Positions 1-9,678 of a stretch of DNA of 64,000 bases are shown here, piece by piece. Made by a program: the position numbers and the translations under genes. Source of the DNA: Eubacterium sp. (GTDB lineage: Bacteria; Bacillota; Clostridia; Oscillospirales; Acutalibacteraceae). The stretch's first letter is position 1, and each line of letters starts with the position of its first letter. Where the stretch lies: NCBI GenBank assembly GCA_017886765.1, contig JAGHJI010000064.1, positions 24 to 64,023 of the forward strand. Direction: 5' to 3'. The notes beneath the pieces are model-generated. The model did not search any database and was not told the DNA's origin. It saw only the letters and a list, made by a program, of their open reading frames with translations.

Positions 1-2
1 AC

Positions 3-521
3 GCAACGACTGAAACCTCTACCGAAGAAACTACGCAGTCCGTTGAGCTTGAAAGCCTGGAAATACGCGCTTCAACCTACGATTTACAGATAGGAGATAC
101 AGTAAAACTGCATTATTCCGTGGAGCCCTCCGGCGCGCCTGCTGTGGTGGGATATTTCTGTGATGAGGAAGGGATTATTGAAATCGGCGCGGACGGAGAT
201 ATCAAGGCAGTCGGGACAGGCACGGCCACCGTTGTCGTTTGTGCCAACAACGAATTGTACAAGCAGTGTGATTTTTCTGTAAAGGAAGCGGTGGCGGAGG
301 TAACAACTCAGCAATCGTCTCAGGAGCACAACAGCACGAATTCTCCTGAGCAAGTTACCACCGCCCGGGAAAATGTCAACAATGTCTTAATGGGCATAGG
401 AATTAATGTTGACGCTTTAAGTCAGAATAAACAACTGTATGTCATACCGGCTGCAATCATTGCGGTAACTTTCTTTATATCCGTATTTGTGGCGGTTGCT
501 AAAAAAATAAAGCAAAAATAA
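3..521 (+). CDS. 5'-truncated membrane-anchored protein with a bacterial Ig-like (Big_2-type) domain and a C-terminal TM helix
   Basis: The frame is open from base 3 (ATTETSTEETTQSVELESLEIRASTYDLQIGDTVKLHYSVEPSGA...IKAVGTGTATV), a Big_2-like pattern. It has Thr/Glu-rich linkers and a hydrophobic C-terminus followed by KKIKQK. Confidence 0.65.
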   Translation, partial: ATTETSTEETTQSVELESLEIRASTYDLQIGDTVKLHYSVEPSGAPAVVGYFCDEEGIIEIGADGDIKAVGTGTATVVVCANNELYKQCDFSVKEAVAEVTTQQSSQEHNSTNSPEQVTTARENVNNVLMGIGINVDALSQNKQLYVIPAAIIAVTFFISVFVAVAKKIKQK

Positions 522-547
522 CTTGCCGTGATTTACATTTAGTTAGA

Positions 548-2443
548 ATGAGGAAGAGTATGAGGGTGAAAAAATCAGAAATACGAAGCGCATTTAAAAA
601 AATGCTGCTGGCTTTCATTGATATAGCGCTTTTTGCGCTGTCAAACATCTCTGTCTGTTATATTATAAACGACGGAGGTTTTGACAGCTTTGCCTATGAC
701 GGCGTTTTGTTCAACGCCTGGCATTTAATCGGGTTAAGCATAATCGTCGCGCTGATCAACTACTTTTTCAGACTTTATAAAAGCATATGGACATTTGCCG
801 GAACAAAGGAAATTATAAACTGCGTCGGCGCTTCGTTTTTTGACACTCTGGCACTCTACCTTGTTGACAGGCTAATATTCAGAATGATTCTGGGGTACAC
901 AATACTCCCGTTATACGCATATGTTCTGCATTTTATTTTACTGATTGTCTGCACATGTCTGCCGCGAATCGGCTTCAGAATCATCAGAAACGAGTTCAAC
1001 AGACACCTACCGGCAAACACAAAAAACCACCATATTAAAAACGTCATGATCGTCGGCGCCGGATATATGGGCAACACTATTATCGACGAGCTCAAATCAA
1101 ATCAGTGGAATATATGCAAGCCGGTTGTGGCAGTGGATGACAATCCGGAGAAAAAAGGGAAAAGGCTCAACGGCGTCAAAATTGCCGGAAATTGCTCGCA
1201 AATTCCCCAGCTTGCGGACGAATACAATGTTGACGAAATCATAATATGTTTCCCGTCCGCACCCCAGAAAAGGCAGAATGAAGTAGCCCAAATAGCGGTT
1301 TCTACCGGCAGGAAAGTCAAAACCACACCGTCCATGCAGGAGATTCTGCAGGACAGCACGAATATGCGCCGCATACGCAATGTGGAGATTACCGATCTGC
1401 TGGCCCGGGATGAAGTAAAGCTTGATATAAGAGTTTGCAGATACCTGATAGACAAAACCATCCTCGTTACGGGGGGCGGCGGCTCCATCGGCTCTGAACT
1501 CTGCAAACAATGCGCAAGATACAATCCGAAAACCATCATTATTTTTGATATATACGAAAACTGCGCCTTTGAGCTGGAAAACGAACTGAAGGAAACCTAC
1601 GGCGACAATATAAATATCCATGTCAGAATCGGCTCCGTCAGGGACCCGCAGAGGCTTGAGGAAATATTTGAGGAATTCCATCCGGATGTCGTATTCCACG
1701 CTGCCGCTCACAAGCATGTTCCGCTGATGGAAGCATCTCCCTGCGAAGCGGTAAAAAACAACGTATTCGGTACATATAACGTGGCTTTGGCGGCAGACAG
1801 GTACAAAGTCGCGAAAATGGTTATTCTCTCCACTGACAAAGCGGTGAATCCCACGAATGTTATGGGAGCGACCAAAAGGATCACCGAAATCATTGTTCAG
1901 TATATGAACGAAGTAAGTCAAAACACAAAATATGCCGCAGTGAGATTCGGAAATGTTCTCGGCTCTCACGGGTCCGTAATTCCCATATTCAAAAAACAGA
2001 TTGAAAAAGGCGGTCCCGTCTGCGTAACCCATCCGGACATTACCCGCTATTTTATGACCATACCGGAGGCGGCGCAGCTCGTATGCCAGGCAGGCGGTCT
2101 TGCAGAGGGCGGGGAGATTTTCGTTCTGGATATGGGAGAACCCGTCAGGATCATGGATCTGGCTGAAAACCTGATTAAGCTCTCCGGCTTTACCGTGGAA
2201 GAAATCGGAATAAAAATAACCGGACTCAGACCCGGTGAAAAGCTTTATGAGGAGCTTTCAATGGAGTCAGAGCTGGAAACCAGGCAAAAAACAGCAAATG
2301 AAAAAATCTTTGTAAATCAGCCTGCGCAAATTGATAAAAAAGAATTTAAAAAAATGATTGACATTTTAAGCAATATTGACGATAATGATGTACGTGAAAA
2401 GCTTCAGCAGTTTGTACCCAATTATCATCCTGTTGAAAACTGA
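548..2443 (+). CDS. capD: Polysaccharide biosynthesis nucleotide-sugar 4,6-dehydratase, CapD/PglF family
   Basis: N-terminal TM helices, a CoA-binding-like GAG motif, then TGGGGSIGSEL, HAAAHKHVP, STDKAVNPTNVMGATK, VRFGNVLGS and GLRPGEKLYEEL. Confidence 0.9.
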   Translation: MRKSMRVKKSEIRSAFKKMLLAFIDIALFALSNISVCYIINDGGFDSFAYDGVLFNAWHLIGLSIIVALINYFFRLYKSIWTFAGTKEIINCVGASFFDTLALYLVDRLIFRMILGYTILPLYAYVLHFILLIVCTCLPRIGFRIIRNEFNRHLPANTKNHHIKNVMIVGAGYMGNTIIDELKSNQWNICKPVVAVDDNPEKKGKRLNGVKIAGNCSQIPQLADEYNVDEIIICFPSAPQKRQNEVAQIAVSTGRKVKTTPSMQEILQDSTNMRRIRNVEITDLLARDEVKLDIRVCRYLIDKTILVTGGGGSIGSELCKQCARYNPKTIIIFDIYENCAFELENELKETYGDNINIHVRIGSVRDPQRLEEIFEEFHPDVVFHAAAHKHVPLMEASPCEAVKNNVFGTYNVALAADRYKVAKMVILSTDKAVNPTNVMGATKRITEIIVQYMNEVSQNTKYAAVRFGNVLGSHGSVIPIFKKQIEKGGPVCVTHPDITRYFMTIPEAAQLVCQAGGLAEGGEIFVLDMGEPVRIMDLAENLIKLSGFTVEEIGIKITGLRPGEKLYEELSMESELETRQKTANEKIFVNQPAQIDKKEFKKMIDILSNIDDNDVREKLQQFVPNYHPVEN

Positions 2444-2473
2444 TTATCTATAATTTTTCAGGAGAACAGAACT

Positions 2474-3874
2474 TTGGAAAATGCACAGAGCAATCAATCC
2501 GCTAAATTCAGATTAAAAAGAAAAAGACAAAACAGGAATTATTATTCGTCCTATATTAAAATTGTCGCCGCCAGCTTTTTTACGGTAATCATGACGGGAA
2601 CATTATTGCTGATGCTGCCCGTGTCCATAAAAACCGGCAGCGTAAATTTTCTGGACGCCTTATTAACCGCCACATCGGCAACATGCGTAACCGGTCTGAT
2701 TATATTCGACACTTTTTCAAAATGGACGTTGTTCGGTCAGATTGTCATCATCTGCCTTATTCAGATAGGCGGACTGGGATTTATCACCATATTGACGATG
2801 CTGTCGCGATTCATAAAAAAAAGAGTCAGCCTGCGTGAAAAACTCGTACTGCAGGAAAGCTTCGGCAGTATTCCCATGGGAGATACCAAAAAAATTGTCA
2901 GGGTTGTCCTCATCGGGACTGCCTTTTTTGAGATTACGGGAGCACTGATTTTGTGCACGCAGTTCATCCCTCAGATGGGTTTTAAAAACGGTCTGTTTAC
3001 CTCGGTTTTCCTTTCGGTATCGGCGTTTTGTAACGCCGGATTTGATGTTCTCGGGCGGATTGAGCCCGGCTCTTCTCTGGTAACGGTAAACACAAATCCG
3101 GTGATTCTGCTGACAATCGCCTCGCTGATTATCATCGGCGGTATCGGCTTTATCGTATGGGATGACATCGCGTTCAGAAAATTCCGCGCAAAGCGCTTCA
3201 CGCTGCATACTAAGCTCACTTTGCTCACAACCGCCATACTTCTGATTGGCGGTACTGTCCTGTTCTATATTTTTGAGCGGGACAATACGTTTGCCGGTAT
3301 GACCGAGTGGCAGAAAATTTTAAATGCGTTTTTTGCCAGCGTAACACCGAGAACGGCAGGCTTTAACAGCGTCCCTGTCGCGCAGATGGCAACAGAGTCA
3401 GAGGTAGTCACGGATATTCTGATGTTCATCGGCGGCTCGCCCGGCTCCACTGCCGGCGGTATCAAGACAGCCACGGTGGCAGTTATGTTTTTGTGCACCT
3501 TTGCGACATTGAAAAACTCCAAGGATATTGAGGTCTTTGGCAAAAGGATCAGCGTTGACGTCACCAGAAAAGCAACGTCGATCTTCATCATTAACCTTAT
3601 GGAGATCTTTATTTCTACTTTTCTCATCTCCATATTACAGCCGGAACTCGCATACTCCGACATTCTGTTTGAATGCTTGTCGGCGCTCGGCACGGTAGGT
3701 ATGACCACCGGCATCACGCCGCTTCTTGACCCGGTGCCGGAAATCATTGTTACCCTGCTGATGTTTATCGGCAGAATCACGTCGCTGCTGTTTGCGTTCA
3801 TCTTCATCCTGGACTCCAACAAGTTTGTCAACCGCAATTCGCAGAAGCCGAAGGGGACCGTGCTTGTAGGATAA
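2474..3874 (+). CDS. trkH: Trk/Ktr potassium uptake membrane subunit
   Basis: Four pore-loop signatures (SATCVTGL, SAFCNAGF, RTAGF, SALGTVG) plus MFIGGSPGSTAGGIK. TTG start preceded by GGAG. Confidence 0.92.
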   Translation: MENAQSNQSAKFRLKRKRQNRNYYSSYIKIVAASFFTVIMTGTLLLMLPVSIKTGSVNFLDALLTATSATCVTGLIIFDTFSKWTLFGQIVIICLIQIGGLGFITILTMLSRFIKKRVSLREKLVLQESFGSIPMGDTKKIVRVVLIGTAFFEITGALILCTQFIPQMGFKNGLFTSVFLSVSAFCNAGFDVLGRIEPGSSLVTVNTNPVILLTIASLIIIGGIGFIVWDDIAFRKFRAKRFTLHTKLTLLTTAILLIGGTVLFYIFERDNTFAGMTEWQKILNAFFASVTPRTAGFNSVPVAQMATESEVVTDILMFIGGSPGSTAGGIKTATVAVMFLCTFATLKNSKDIEVFGKRISVDVTRKATSIFIINLMEIFISTFLISILQPELAYSDILFECLSALGTVGMTTGITPLLDPVPEIIVTLLMFIGRITSLLFAFIFILDSNKFVNRNSQKPKGTVLVG

Positions 3875-3980
3875 CACTCGGCAGTGTGCAAACGCGGGAT
3901 CAAATCGTACAATACAGTTTGCCATTTTTCGCAAACAGTATAATATATAATTTTTTTGGAAAGAAGGACAATAGCATTTT

Positions 3981-4622
3981 ATGAAATCAATTCTCGTTAT
4001 CGGCGCCGGCAAATTCGGTCATCATCTTGCGGAATATTTGTGCGAGATGAACAACGACGTAATGCTTGTTGACAAAAACGAAACCCTTATTGATGAATAT
4101 TCCGACAAGGTCACAACGGCTCAGATCGGCGATTTCACCATAAAGAGCAATCTTGCGGCACTTGGAGTCGAAGATTATGACTTTGTATTTGTATGCACCG
4201 GTGATTTTCAGGACAGTCTGGTTATAACAAGCTATCTGAAAGAGCTCGGGGCATAATATGTAATTTCCAAAGCTTCCTCCCTTATTCATGAAAAGTTTTT
4301 GCTTCAGAACGGGGCTGACAGAGTCGTTTATCCCGAAAGAGACACTGCCTATAACAAAGCCGTTGAATACAGCAATTCAAATGTTTTTGACTATTTCAGA
4401 CTCAACGAAGACACGGGTATATTTGAGATTTCAGTACCGGAAAGCTGGGTGGGCAAATCCCTTGCAAAAATAAACGTAAGAAAAATCCACAATATTACGG
4501 TTATAGCATATAAACTTAATGATAAAGTATTCCCGATTAATTCACCCGACTATGTTTTTTCAAGCAATGAGCATCTGATCGTAATGGGTGAAAAATCAAA
4601 TATAAAAAAAGTTGTAAGATAA
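3981..4622 (+). pseudogene. trkA: TrkA/KtrA RCK regulatory subunit interrupted by an in-frame TAA at 4254-4256
   Basis: The N-half (VIGAGKFG Rossmann motif) and C-half (GADRVVYPE, RCK_C) are in the same frame. Reading through gives LKELGA*YVISKA...GADRVVYPE, where homologues typically have K. Confidence 0.85.
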
Positions 4623-4637
4623 AGTGAGGTAAACAAA

Positions 4638-5411
4638 ATGTTATTTAAACCGGAATATGATGGAAACGGAAAGAAAATACTCTGTCAGATGAACGGAATC
4701 AATCCGGAGATGCTGATGGACGTTTATGTCCAAAAGATAAAAAAGGGAGAAAAGATTGAAATATTTGAAAAAGACAATGAGTGCGCGATTCTCCTTTTAT
4801 CTGGCAAGGTCAACTTTAAGGTCGCGGACAAAATAAACGCAGACTGCGCCAGAAAAAATCCCTTTGAAAAAACACCCTACGCCGTACATTTCTGCAAGGA
4901 GACAAAGGCGGAAGTAACCGCCCTTGAGAACAGCGAAGTGTTGGTGCAGATGACCGATAATGACAAAAGCTGGGAGCCCGTATTTTATAATCCCGAAAAT
5001 TGTCTGTATCAGGAATTCGGTAAGGGTCAGTGGAACGGAACAGGACACAGAATCGTGTCCACAATGTTTGACCTTGACAACGCCCCGTATTCAAATATGG
5101 TTATGGGTGAGGTGTTTAACCAGCCAGGCCGCTGGTCCAGTTATCCGCCGCATCACCACCCGCAGCCGGAGCTTTATTACTATCAGTTTGACCATCCGGA
5201 GGGATTCGGCGCCGGATTTGAAGGCGACACACCGTATAAGACGGAAAACGGAACCTGCCTGTGCATCAGAGGCGGAAACGCGCACCAGCAGGTAACCGCT
5301 CCGGGTTACGAGATGTACTATGTATGGCTTATCCGTCATCTCGACGGCGATCCGTGGGATAAGACAAGAATATATGTTTCTGAATACGAGTGGCTGGCAA
5401 ACGCCGATTAA
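4638..5411 (+). CDS. iolB: 5-deoxy-glucuronate isomerase (IolB/KduI-like cupin)
   Basis: GEVFNQPGRWSSYPPHHHPQPELYYY motif and a second cupin His motif; GAGG RBS. Confidence 0.85.
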   Translation: MLFKPEYDGNGKKILCQMNGINPEMLMDVYVQKIKKGEKIEIFEKDNECAILLLSGKVNFKVADKINADCARKNPFEKTPYAVHFCKETKAEVTALENSEVLVQMTDNDKSWEPVFYNPENCLYQEFGKGQWNGTGHRIVSTMFDLDNAPYSNMVMGEVFNQPGRWSSYPPHHHPQPELYYYQFDHPEGFGAGFEGDTPYKTENGTCLCIRGGNAHQQVTAPGYEMYYVWLIRHLDGDPWDKTRIYVSEYEWLANAD

Positions 5412-5424
5412 GCAATACATTTTG

Positions 5425-5438
5425 CGTATATTTATACA
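5425..5438. promoter_or_regulatory. Possible ArgR (ARG-box)-like operator upstream of the amino-acid ABC operon
   Basis: CGTATATTTATACA has one mismatch to the TGnATAwwTATnCA core and lies about 20 bp upstream of TTGACT (5458-5463). The region is AT-rich, so a chance match is possible. Confidence 0.3.
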
Positions 5439-5490
5439 TTAAAATAATTTATTTTTGTTGACTTTAAATAAGTAATATGATAAATTAATT

Positions 5491-5524
5491 AAAAGGACAG
5501 GGGTGTCCACGCCCTTGTCCTTTT
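5491..5524 (+). terminator. Intrinsic terminator-like hairpin after iolB
   Basis: AAAAGGACAGGGGTG-TCC-ACGCCCTTGTCCTTTT inverted repeat with flanking A and T tracts. Confidence 0.65.
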
Positions 5525-5570
5525 ATTTTCAATATATTACATAAATATATTTTAACCGGAGGAAAGAAAA

Positions 5571-6440
5571 ATGAAATTGGCAAAAAAGGTTTTCGTTGCT
5601 GTTCTTGCCGCAGCATTGGCAATCACATGCTTTGCAGGCTGCTCCAACAGCGGTGATCAGACAAATGCGCAGGCAAAGGTCAAGGTGATCGACATTGAAC
5701 TCACAAACGAGGAATACGCGTTCGGTGTTGATAAGAACCAGCCGGAGCTTATGGAAGAGGCAAACGCTCTTATTCAGGAAATCAAGGAAAACGGACAGCT
5801 TGATGAAATATGCAACCACTACTTCGCGGACGGCACACCCGTAGGCGTAACTTCCGCAGCGGAAGATTCTTCAAAAGACCAGCTTATCGTTGCTACAAAT
5901 GCGGAGTTTGAACCCTTTGAGTACAAGCAGGGCGATACATTCTACGGAATAGACATGGAAATCGCGCAGCTTCTTGCCGACAGACTTGGCAAGGAACTTG
6001 TAATCAAAGATATGCAGTTTGACGCGGTTCTCCTTTCTGTTCAGCAGGGAAAATCTGATATCGGTATGGCCGGCCTTACTGTCAGCGAAGAACGTCAGCA
6101 GCAGGTTGACTTTACAGAATCATACTATGCCGCTTCACAGAAGCTTATTGTAAAAGGCGATGACACTACCTTTGACGACTGCCAGACAGCAGAAGACGTT
6201 GTAAAAATCCTCAACAGCTTTGACTCATCAGTAAATATCGGCGGTCAGAACGGTACGACCGGTCAGTCCTATGTTCAGGGCAGTGAGGATTTGGGCTTCC
6301 CGGGATTGAACGCAACGTTCACGGGTTACAGCAACGGTTCGCTTGCCGTTCAGGATTTGATCAACGGCGGTGTTCAGTATGTTATCATTGACGCAGCTCC
6401 TGCCGCGGCAATCACCGAAGCAATCAATTCTGTTGCTTAA
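5571..6440 (+). CDS. Polar amino-acid ABC transporter substrate-binding lipoprotein (SBP family 3), circularly permuted
   Basis: Lipobox-like FAGC after the signal peptide; LIVATNAEFEPFEY, GIDMEIA and DIGMAGLT motifs; GGAGG RBS. Confidence 0.9.
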   Translation: MKLAKKVFVAVLAAALAITCFAGCSNSGDQTNAQAKVKVIDIELTNEEYAFGVDKNQPELMEEANALIQEIKENGQLDEICNHYFADGTPVGVTSAAEDSSKDQLIVATNAEFEPFEYKQGDTFYGIDMEIAQLLADRLGKELVIKDMQFDAVLLSVQQGKSDIGMAGLTVSEERQQQVDFTESYYAASQKLIVKGDDTTFDDCQTAEDVVKILNSFDSSVNIGGQNGTTGQSYVQGSEDLGFPGLNATFTGYSNGSLAVQDLINGGVQYVIIDAAPAAAITEAINSVA

Positions 6441-6459
6441 TCCGTTCATTTGAAAAGAA

Positions 6460-6500
6460 CCTCACTCGTGCCGAAAGGTTTTCGGGTGAGGCTATTTTTT
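6460..6500 (+). terminator. Intra-operon hairpin with T-tract between the SBP and permease genes
   Basis: CCTCACTCG...CGGGTGAGG followed by TTTTTT. Confidence 0.5.
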
Positions 6501-6541
6501 AGCAAGAGAAAGAAAGTCCAACCGGCTTAAAGGTAAGTATT

Positions 6542-7252
6542 ATGCAGAATTTTGACAGAAAAATAGAAGTATTTATAGAATTCTTTATTAACCAGGGCGG
6601 CTACAGAACCGTACTTCTCGGTTTAAAAAACACGGCAATCATTGCGGTGTGCGGCCTGCTTATAGGAATTGTTATAGGTACGGTTATCGCCACAATAAGA
6701 GTGGTTCCGAAAAATAATATCCTTGTAAAAATACTGGACAAACTATCGGTTTTCTACGTCAGTCTTTTCAGAGGAACGCCCATCGTTGTACAGCTTCTTG
6801 TATTCTATTACGTGCTGCTGCCGCTTATGGGCATCCATATAAACTCTGTATCTGTCGCGATTGTTGTGTTCGGAATGAACTCCGGCGCCTATATATCGGA
6901 AATCATGAGAGCAGGTATCCTTTCAGTTGATCCGGGGCAGATGGAGGGCGGACGTTCCGTGGGACTCAGCTACGGCACGACCATGATGAAAATCGTAATA
7001 CCCCAGGCGGTAAAAAATATACTGCCGACTCTGGGCAATGAATTTATTTCACTTATAAAGGAAACCTCCGTCGTCAGCTTCGTAGGCGCCACGGACCTTT
7101 ACGTAGCCTTCAACAGAATCGGCTCAAACAGCTATGAATTTATGATTCCTTATCTTGTAATGGCTCTCATTTACATTGTGCTTGTTGTACTTATTTCCCT
7201 GCTGATCAGGATCATGGAAAGGAGTCTGAGAAAAAGTGATAAAAGTCTGTAA
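6542..7252 (+). CDS. Polar amino-acid ABC transporter permease (HisM/GlnP family)
   Basis: [24 protein letters not shown] and the EAA-like [11 protein letters not shown] motif; PQAVKNILP. Confidence 0.93.
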   Translation: MQNFDRKIEVFIEFFINQGGYRTVLLGLKNTAIIAVCGLLIGIVIGTVIATIRVVPKNNILVKILDKLSVFYVSLFRGTPIVVQLLVFYYVLLPLMGIHINSVSVAIVVFGMNSGAYISEIMRAGILSVDPGQMEGGRSVGLSYGTTMMKIVIPQAVKNILPTLGNEFISLIKETSVVSFVGATDLYVAFNRIGSNSYEFMIPYLVMALIYIVLVVLISLLIRIMERSLRKSDKSL

Positions 7253-7958
7253 TTTAAAAAAGAGCTTCGGCGACAACGAAGTTCTAAAAGGCATAGATTA
7301 TGAAATCAATCAGGGCGAGAAAATCGTGGTAATCGGTCCCTCCGGCTCCGGCAAAAGCACATTTTTAAGATGTCTGAACCTGCTTGAAACGCCCACCGAG
7401 GGTGAGATTTGGTTTGAGAATGAACTCATCACCGATAAAAAATGCGACGTCAATAAAATCCGTCAGCATATGGGAATGGTCTTTCAGCATTTTAATCTAT
7501 TTAACAACCTGACGATTATGAAAAACATCACGCTTGCTCCGGTCAATTTGAAACTGAAAACCAAGGAGGAAGCGGCGGAGGACGCTTTACGACTGCTGAA
7601 ACTGGTAGGGCTTGAGGATAAAGCAGACGCTTATCCGTCCCAGCTTTCCGGCGGACAGAAGCAGAGGGCGGCAATCGTTCGTTCGCTGGCAATGAACCCC
7701 AAAGTCATGCTCTTTGACGAGCCTACGTCGGCCCTTGACCCGGAAATGGTCGGGGAAGTTCTGCAGGTAATGAAAAACCTGGCGAAGGACGGCATGACCA
7801 TGGTGGTCGTCACCCATGAAATGGGCTTTGCCCGCGAAGTATCCGACCATGTACTGTTTATGGCGGACGGATATATCGTGGAGGACGCTCCCCCTCAGGA
7901 GTTGTTCAACGCACCCAAGGACCCGCGATTGCAGCAATTTCTCAAGGCGGTTTTATAA
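7236..7958 (+). CDS. Polar amino-acid ABC transporter ATPase (GlnQ family)
   Basis: Walker A GPSGSGKS, signature LSGGQKQR, Walker B/D-loop [13 protein letters not shown]-loop VVTHEM. Confidence 0.95.
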   Translation: MIKVCNLKKSFGDNEVLKGIDYEINQGEKIVVIGPSGSGKSTFLRCLNLLETPTEGEIWFENELITDKKCDVNKIRQHMGMVFQHFNLFNNLTIMKNITLAPVNLKLKTKEEAAEDALRLLKLVGLEDKADAYPSQLSGGQKQRAAIVRSLAMNPKVMLFDEPTSALDPEMVGEVLQVMKNLAKDGMTMVVVTHEMGFAREVSDHVLFMADGYIVEDAPPQELFNAPKDPRLQQFLKAVL

Positions 7959-8017
7959 AGATACAATAAATTTAGAAGAAAAAATGAGTTTGCGAATCCT
8001 ATTTCACAAAAAAAAAC

Positions 8018-8046
8018 AAAGGGCGGTTCAAATTGAACCGCCTTTC
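8018..8046. terminator. Bidirectional terminator between convergent genes
   Basis: AAAGGGCGGTTCA-AAT-TGAACCGCCTTT. Confidence 0.75.
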
Positions 8047-8054
8047 TTCTGATT

Positions 8055-9407
8055 TTAGGTATTATTGTTTATCGTGTTGTAATCAATATACTGCTGTCCG
8101 GCCTCAGGGGGATTTCCGCCGTTTTTTACGGTAATCATCTCACTGACGCCTACAATCTGATAACCTTCCTCAATAAGCTTTGGAACGATCTTTTTGACAG
8201 CCTCGGCAGTGGAAGGGTAAATATCGTGCAGCAAAATGATTGAGCCGTCATACACATTTTTCATTACGGATTTATAGATTTTATCCGCGTCACGTGTTTT
8301 CCAGTCCTCAGGCTCCACAGACCAGTAGGCAATGGGCAGACCCTCTTTTTTACATTCCTCCTGAATCTTCTTTGTCATCACTCCTCCGGGGCATCTGAAG
8401 ATCGTTGGATACTGTCCGCTCACCTTTTTAATCGTATCGCTGCATTTTTTAATATCCTCTGCGGTCACTTTTTTACCGTAATTCTTGTGGCTGTATGTAT
8501 GATTGCCCAGCTCGCAGCCCAGCTCAATTTCCTTTTTTAAAAGCTGTGCGTTGGATTTATTGATCCTTGAACCGCACATAAAGAAAGTCGCCCTTGCGCC
8601 GTATTCCTCAAGCACCTTCAGTATCTCCTGCGTGGAATTGACTCCGTCCTCATCAAACCCCGGACCATCGTCGAAGGAAAGCGCTACAATAGGCTTTTTC
8701 GGGTCAATATCCGGATTCATAACAACCTTTTTCTTTATTTCAATTTTTGAGGGATCGCACCACTGACCATAAACATTTTTATTGTTTACCTCTATGAAAG
8801 CTCTCGCCTTGACATAATAGATATCCTTGGGCGTGAGATTTTCCACCTTAAAAGAATTTTCAAACAGGACTTCATCCTGCGCGTCACTGAAATCCTCGTT
8901 TTTGGAGTACTGAAGCTCATATCCCAGAGCGTTTGTCTGGGCGGTCCAGTTAACGCTTAACATCCCCTCCTCCGGTGATGAAACCATAATATCCGGTACA
9001 TCAGGCAGGGAGAATACGGTTACCTCCTGGGCTTCCTCGCTTTCATATTCCTTATTGTTGAAAAATTTAAAAGCGGTCACTTTTACTTTGCAAACTGTTC
9101 CGCCTTCCATTTCCTTAAAAACATATGTACAGTTCTGTCCTCCTGTTACATCGGTGAATTTTTCATATTGCCCGCTGTCGCTGTTCAAAAGATAAATGTG
9201 ATAGCCTTCGGCTCCTTTTACCTCGTTCCAGTTCACTTCAATCGAGTCACTGGTATTTCCGGTCATTTCTATATTTTTTACCACATCAATATCTTTTTCG
9301 CTGACAACGACAATCGCCGCTGTGGCGCAGACAATAATAAACGCAATAGCAAGACAGGTATAAATTCTGATTTTTTTGGCCAAAACTCCATCTCCTACTA
9401 TCAACAC
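8055..9407 (-). CDS. Membrane-anchored polysaccharide (peptidoglycan) deacetylase with two FN3 domains and a NodB/CE4 domain
   Basis: N-terminal TM, two FN3-like repeats (VNWNEVKGAEGY; VNWTAQTNALGYELQYS), CE4 motifs SFDDGP, NHTYSH, FRCPGG and ILLHD. The real start may be TTG at 9383. Confidence 0.88.
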   Translation of the reverse strand: MLIVGDGVLAKKIRIYTCLAIAFIIVCATAAIVVVSEKDIDVVKNIEMTGNTSDSIEVNWNEVKGAEGYHIYLLNSDSGQYEKFTDVTGGQNCTYVFKEMEGGTVCKVKVTAFKFFNNKEYESEEAQEVTVFSLPDVPDIMVSSPEEGMLSVNWTAQTNALGYELQYSKNEDFSDAQDEVLFENSFKVENLTPKDIYYVKARAFIEVNNKNVYGQWCDPSKIEIKKKVVMNPDIDPKKPIVALSFDDGPGFDEDGVNSTQEILKVLEEYGARATFFMCGSRINKSNAQLLKKEIELGCELGNHTYSHKNYGKKVTAEDIKKCSDTIKKVSGQYPTIFRCPGGVMTKKIQEECKKEGLPIAYWSVEPEDWKTRDADKIYKSVMKNVYDGSIILLHDIYPSTAEAVKKIVPKLIEEGYQIVGVSEMITVKNGGNPPEAGQQYIDYNTINNNT

Positions 9408-9582
9408 TGTAAAATAAACGACAAGATTTTGACGATAAAGAACAAATCCTGTCGGTTTTTATCTCATACTTAGTATAATCTCCGCAAATTCAAAAAGCAA
9501 CAGCAAACAGCCAATATTAAAAAATTAGTCATTTTGTATATATATTTAGGATAAATTCTGTGATATTTTTAACGAATTTAAG

Positions 9583-9611
9583 TTGACCGTAATAAAAGTT
9601 AGTGATATTAT
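9583..9611 (+). promoter_or_regulatory. SigA-type promoter of the ech-hyp operon
   Basis: TTGACC-17 nt-TATTAT. Confidence 0.55.
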
Positions 9612-9678
9612 ATTACCGGCTAATATATTTAAAACATATTATATGGAAAAATATGTTTTTACTGAGGAGGACGGTAAA

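Noticed and set aside
2444-2473. c-di-AMP (ydaO) riboswitch upstream of the K+ transporter
   Set aside because: The intergenic gap is only 30 nt and no ydaO consensus is present.
4254-4256. Programmed stop-codon readthrough or genetic-code reassignment
   Set aside because: TAA ends many ordinary genes in this window; a single instance is better explained by mutation or error.
9558-9575. Rex operator upstream of ech (CTGTGATATTTTTAACGA)
   Set aside because: Three mismatches to TTGTKAA-N4-TTMACAA in a very AT-rich region; not distinguishable from chance.
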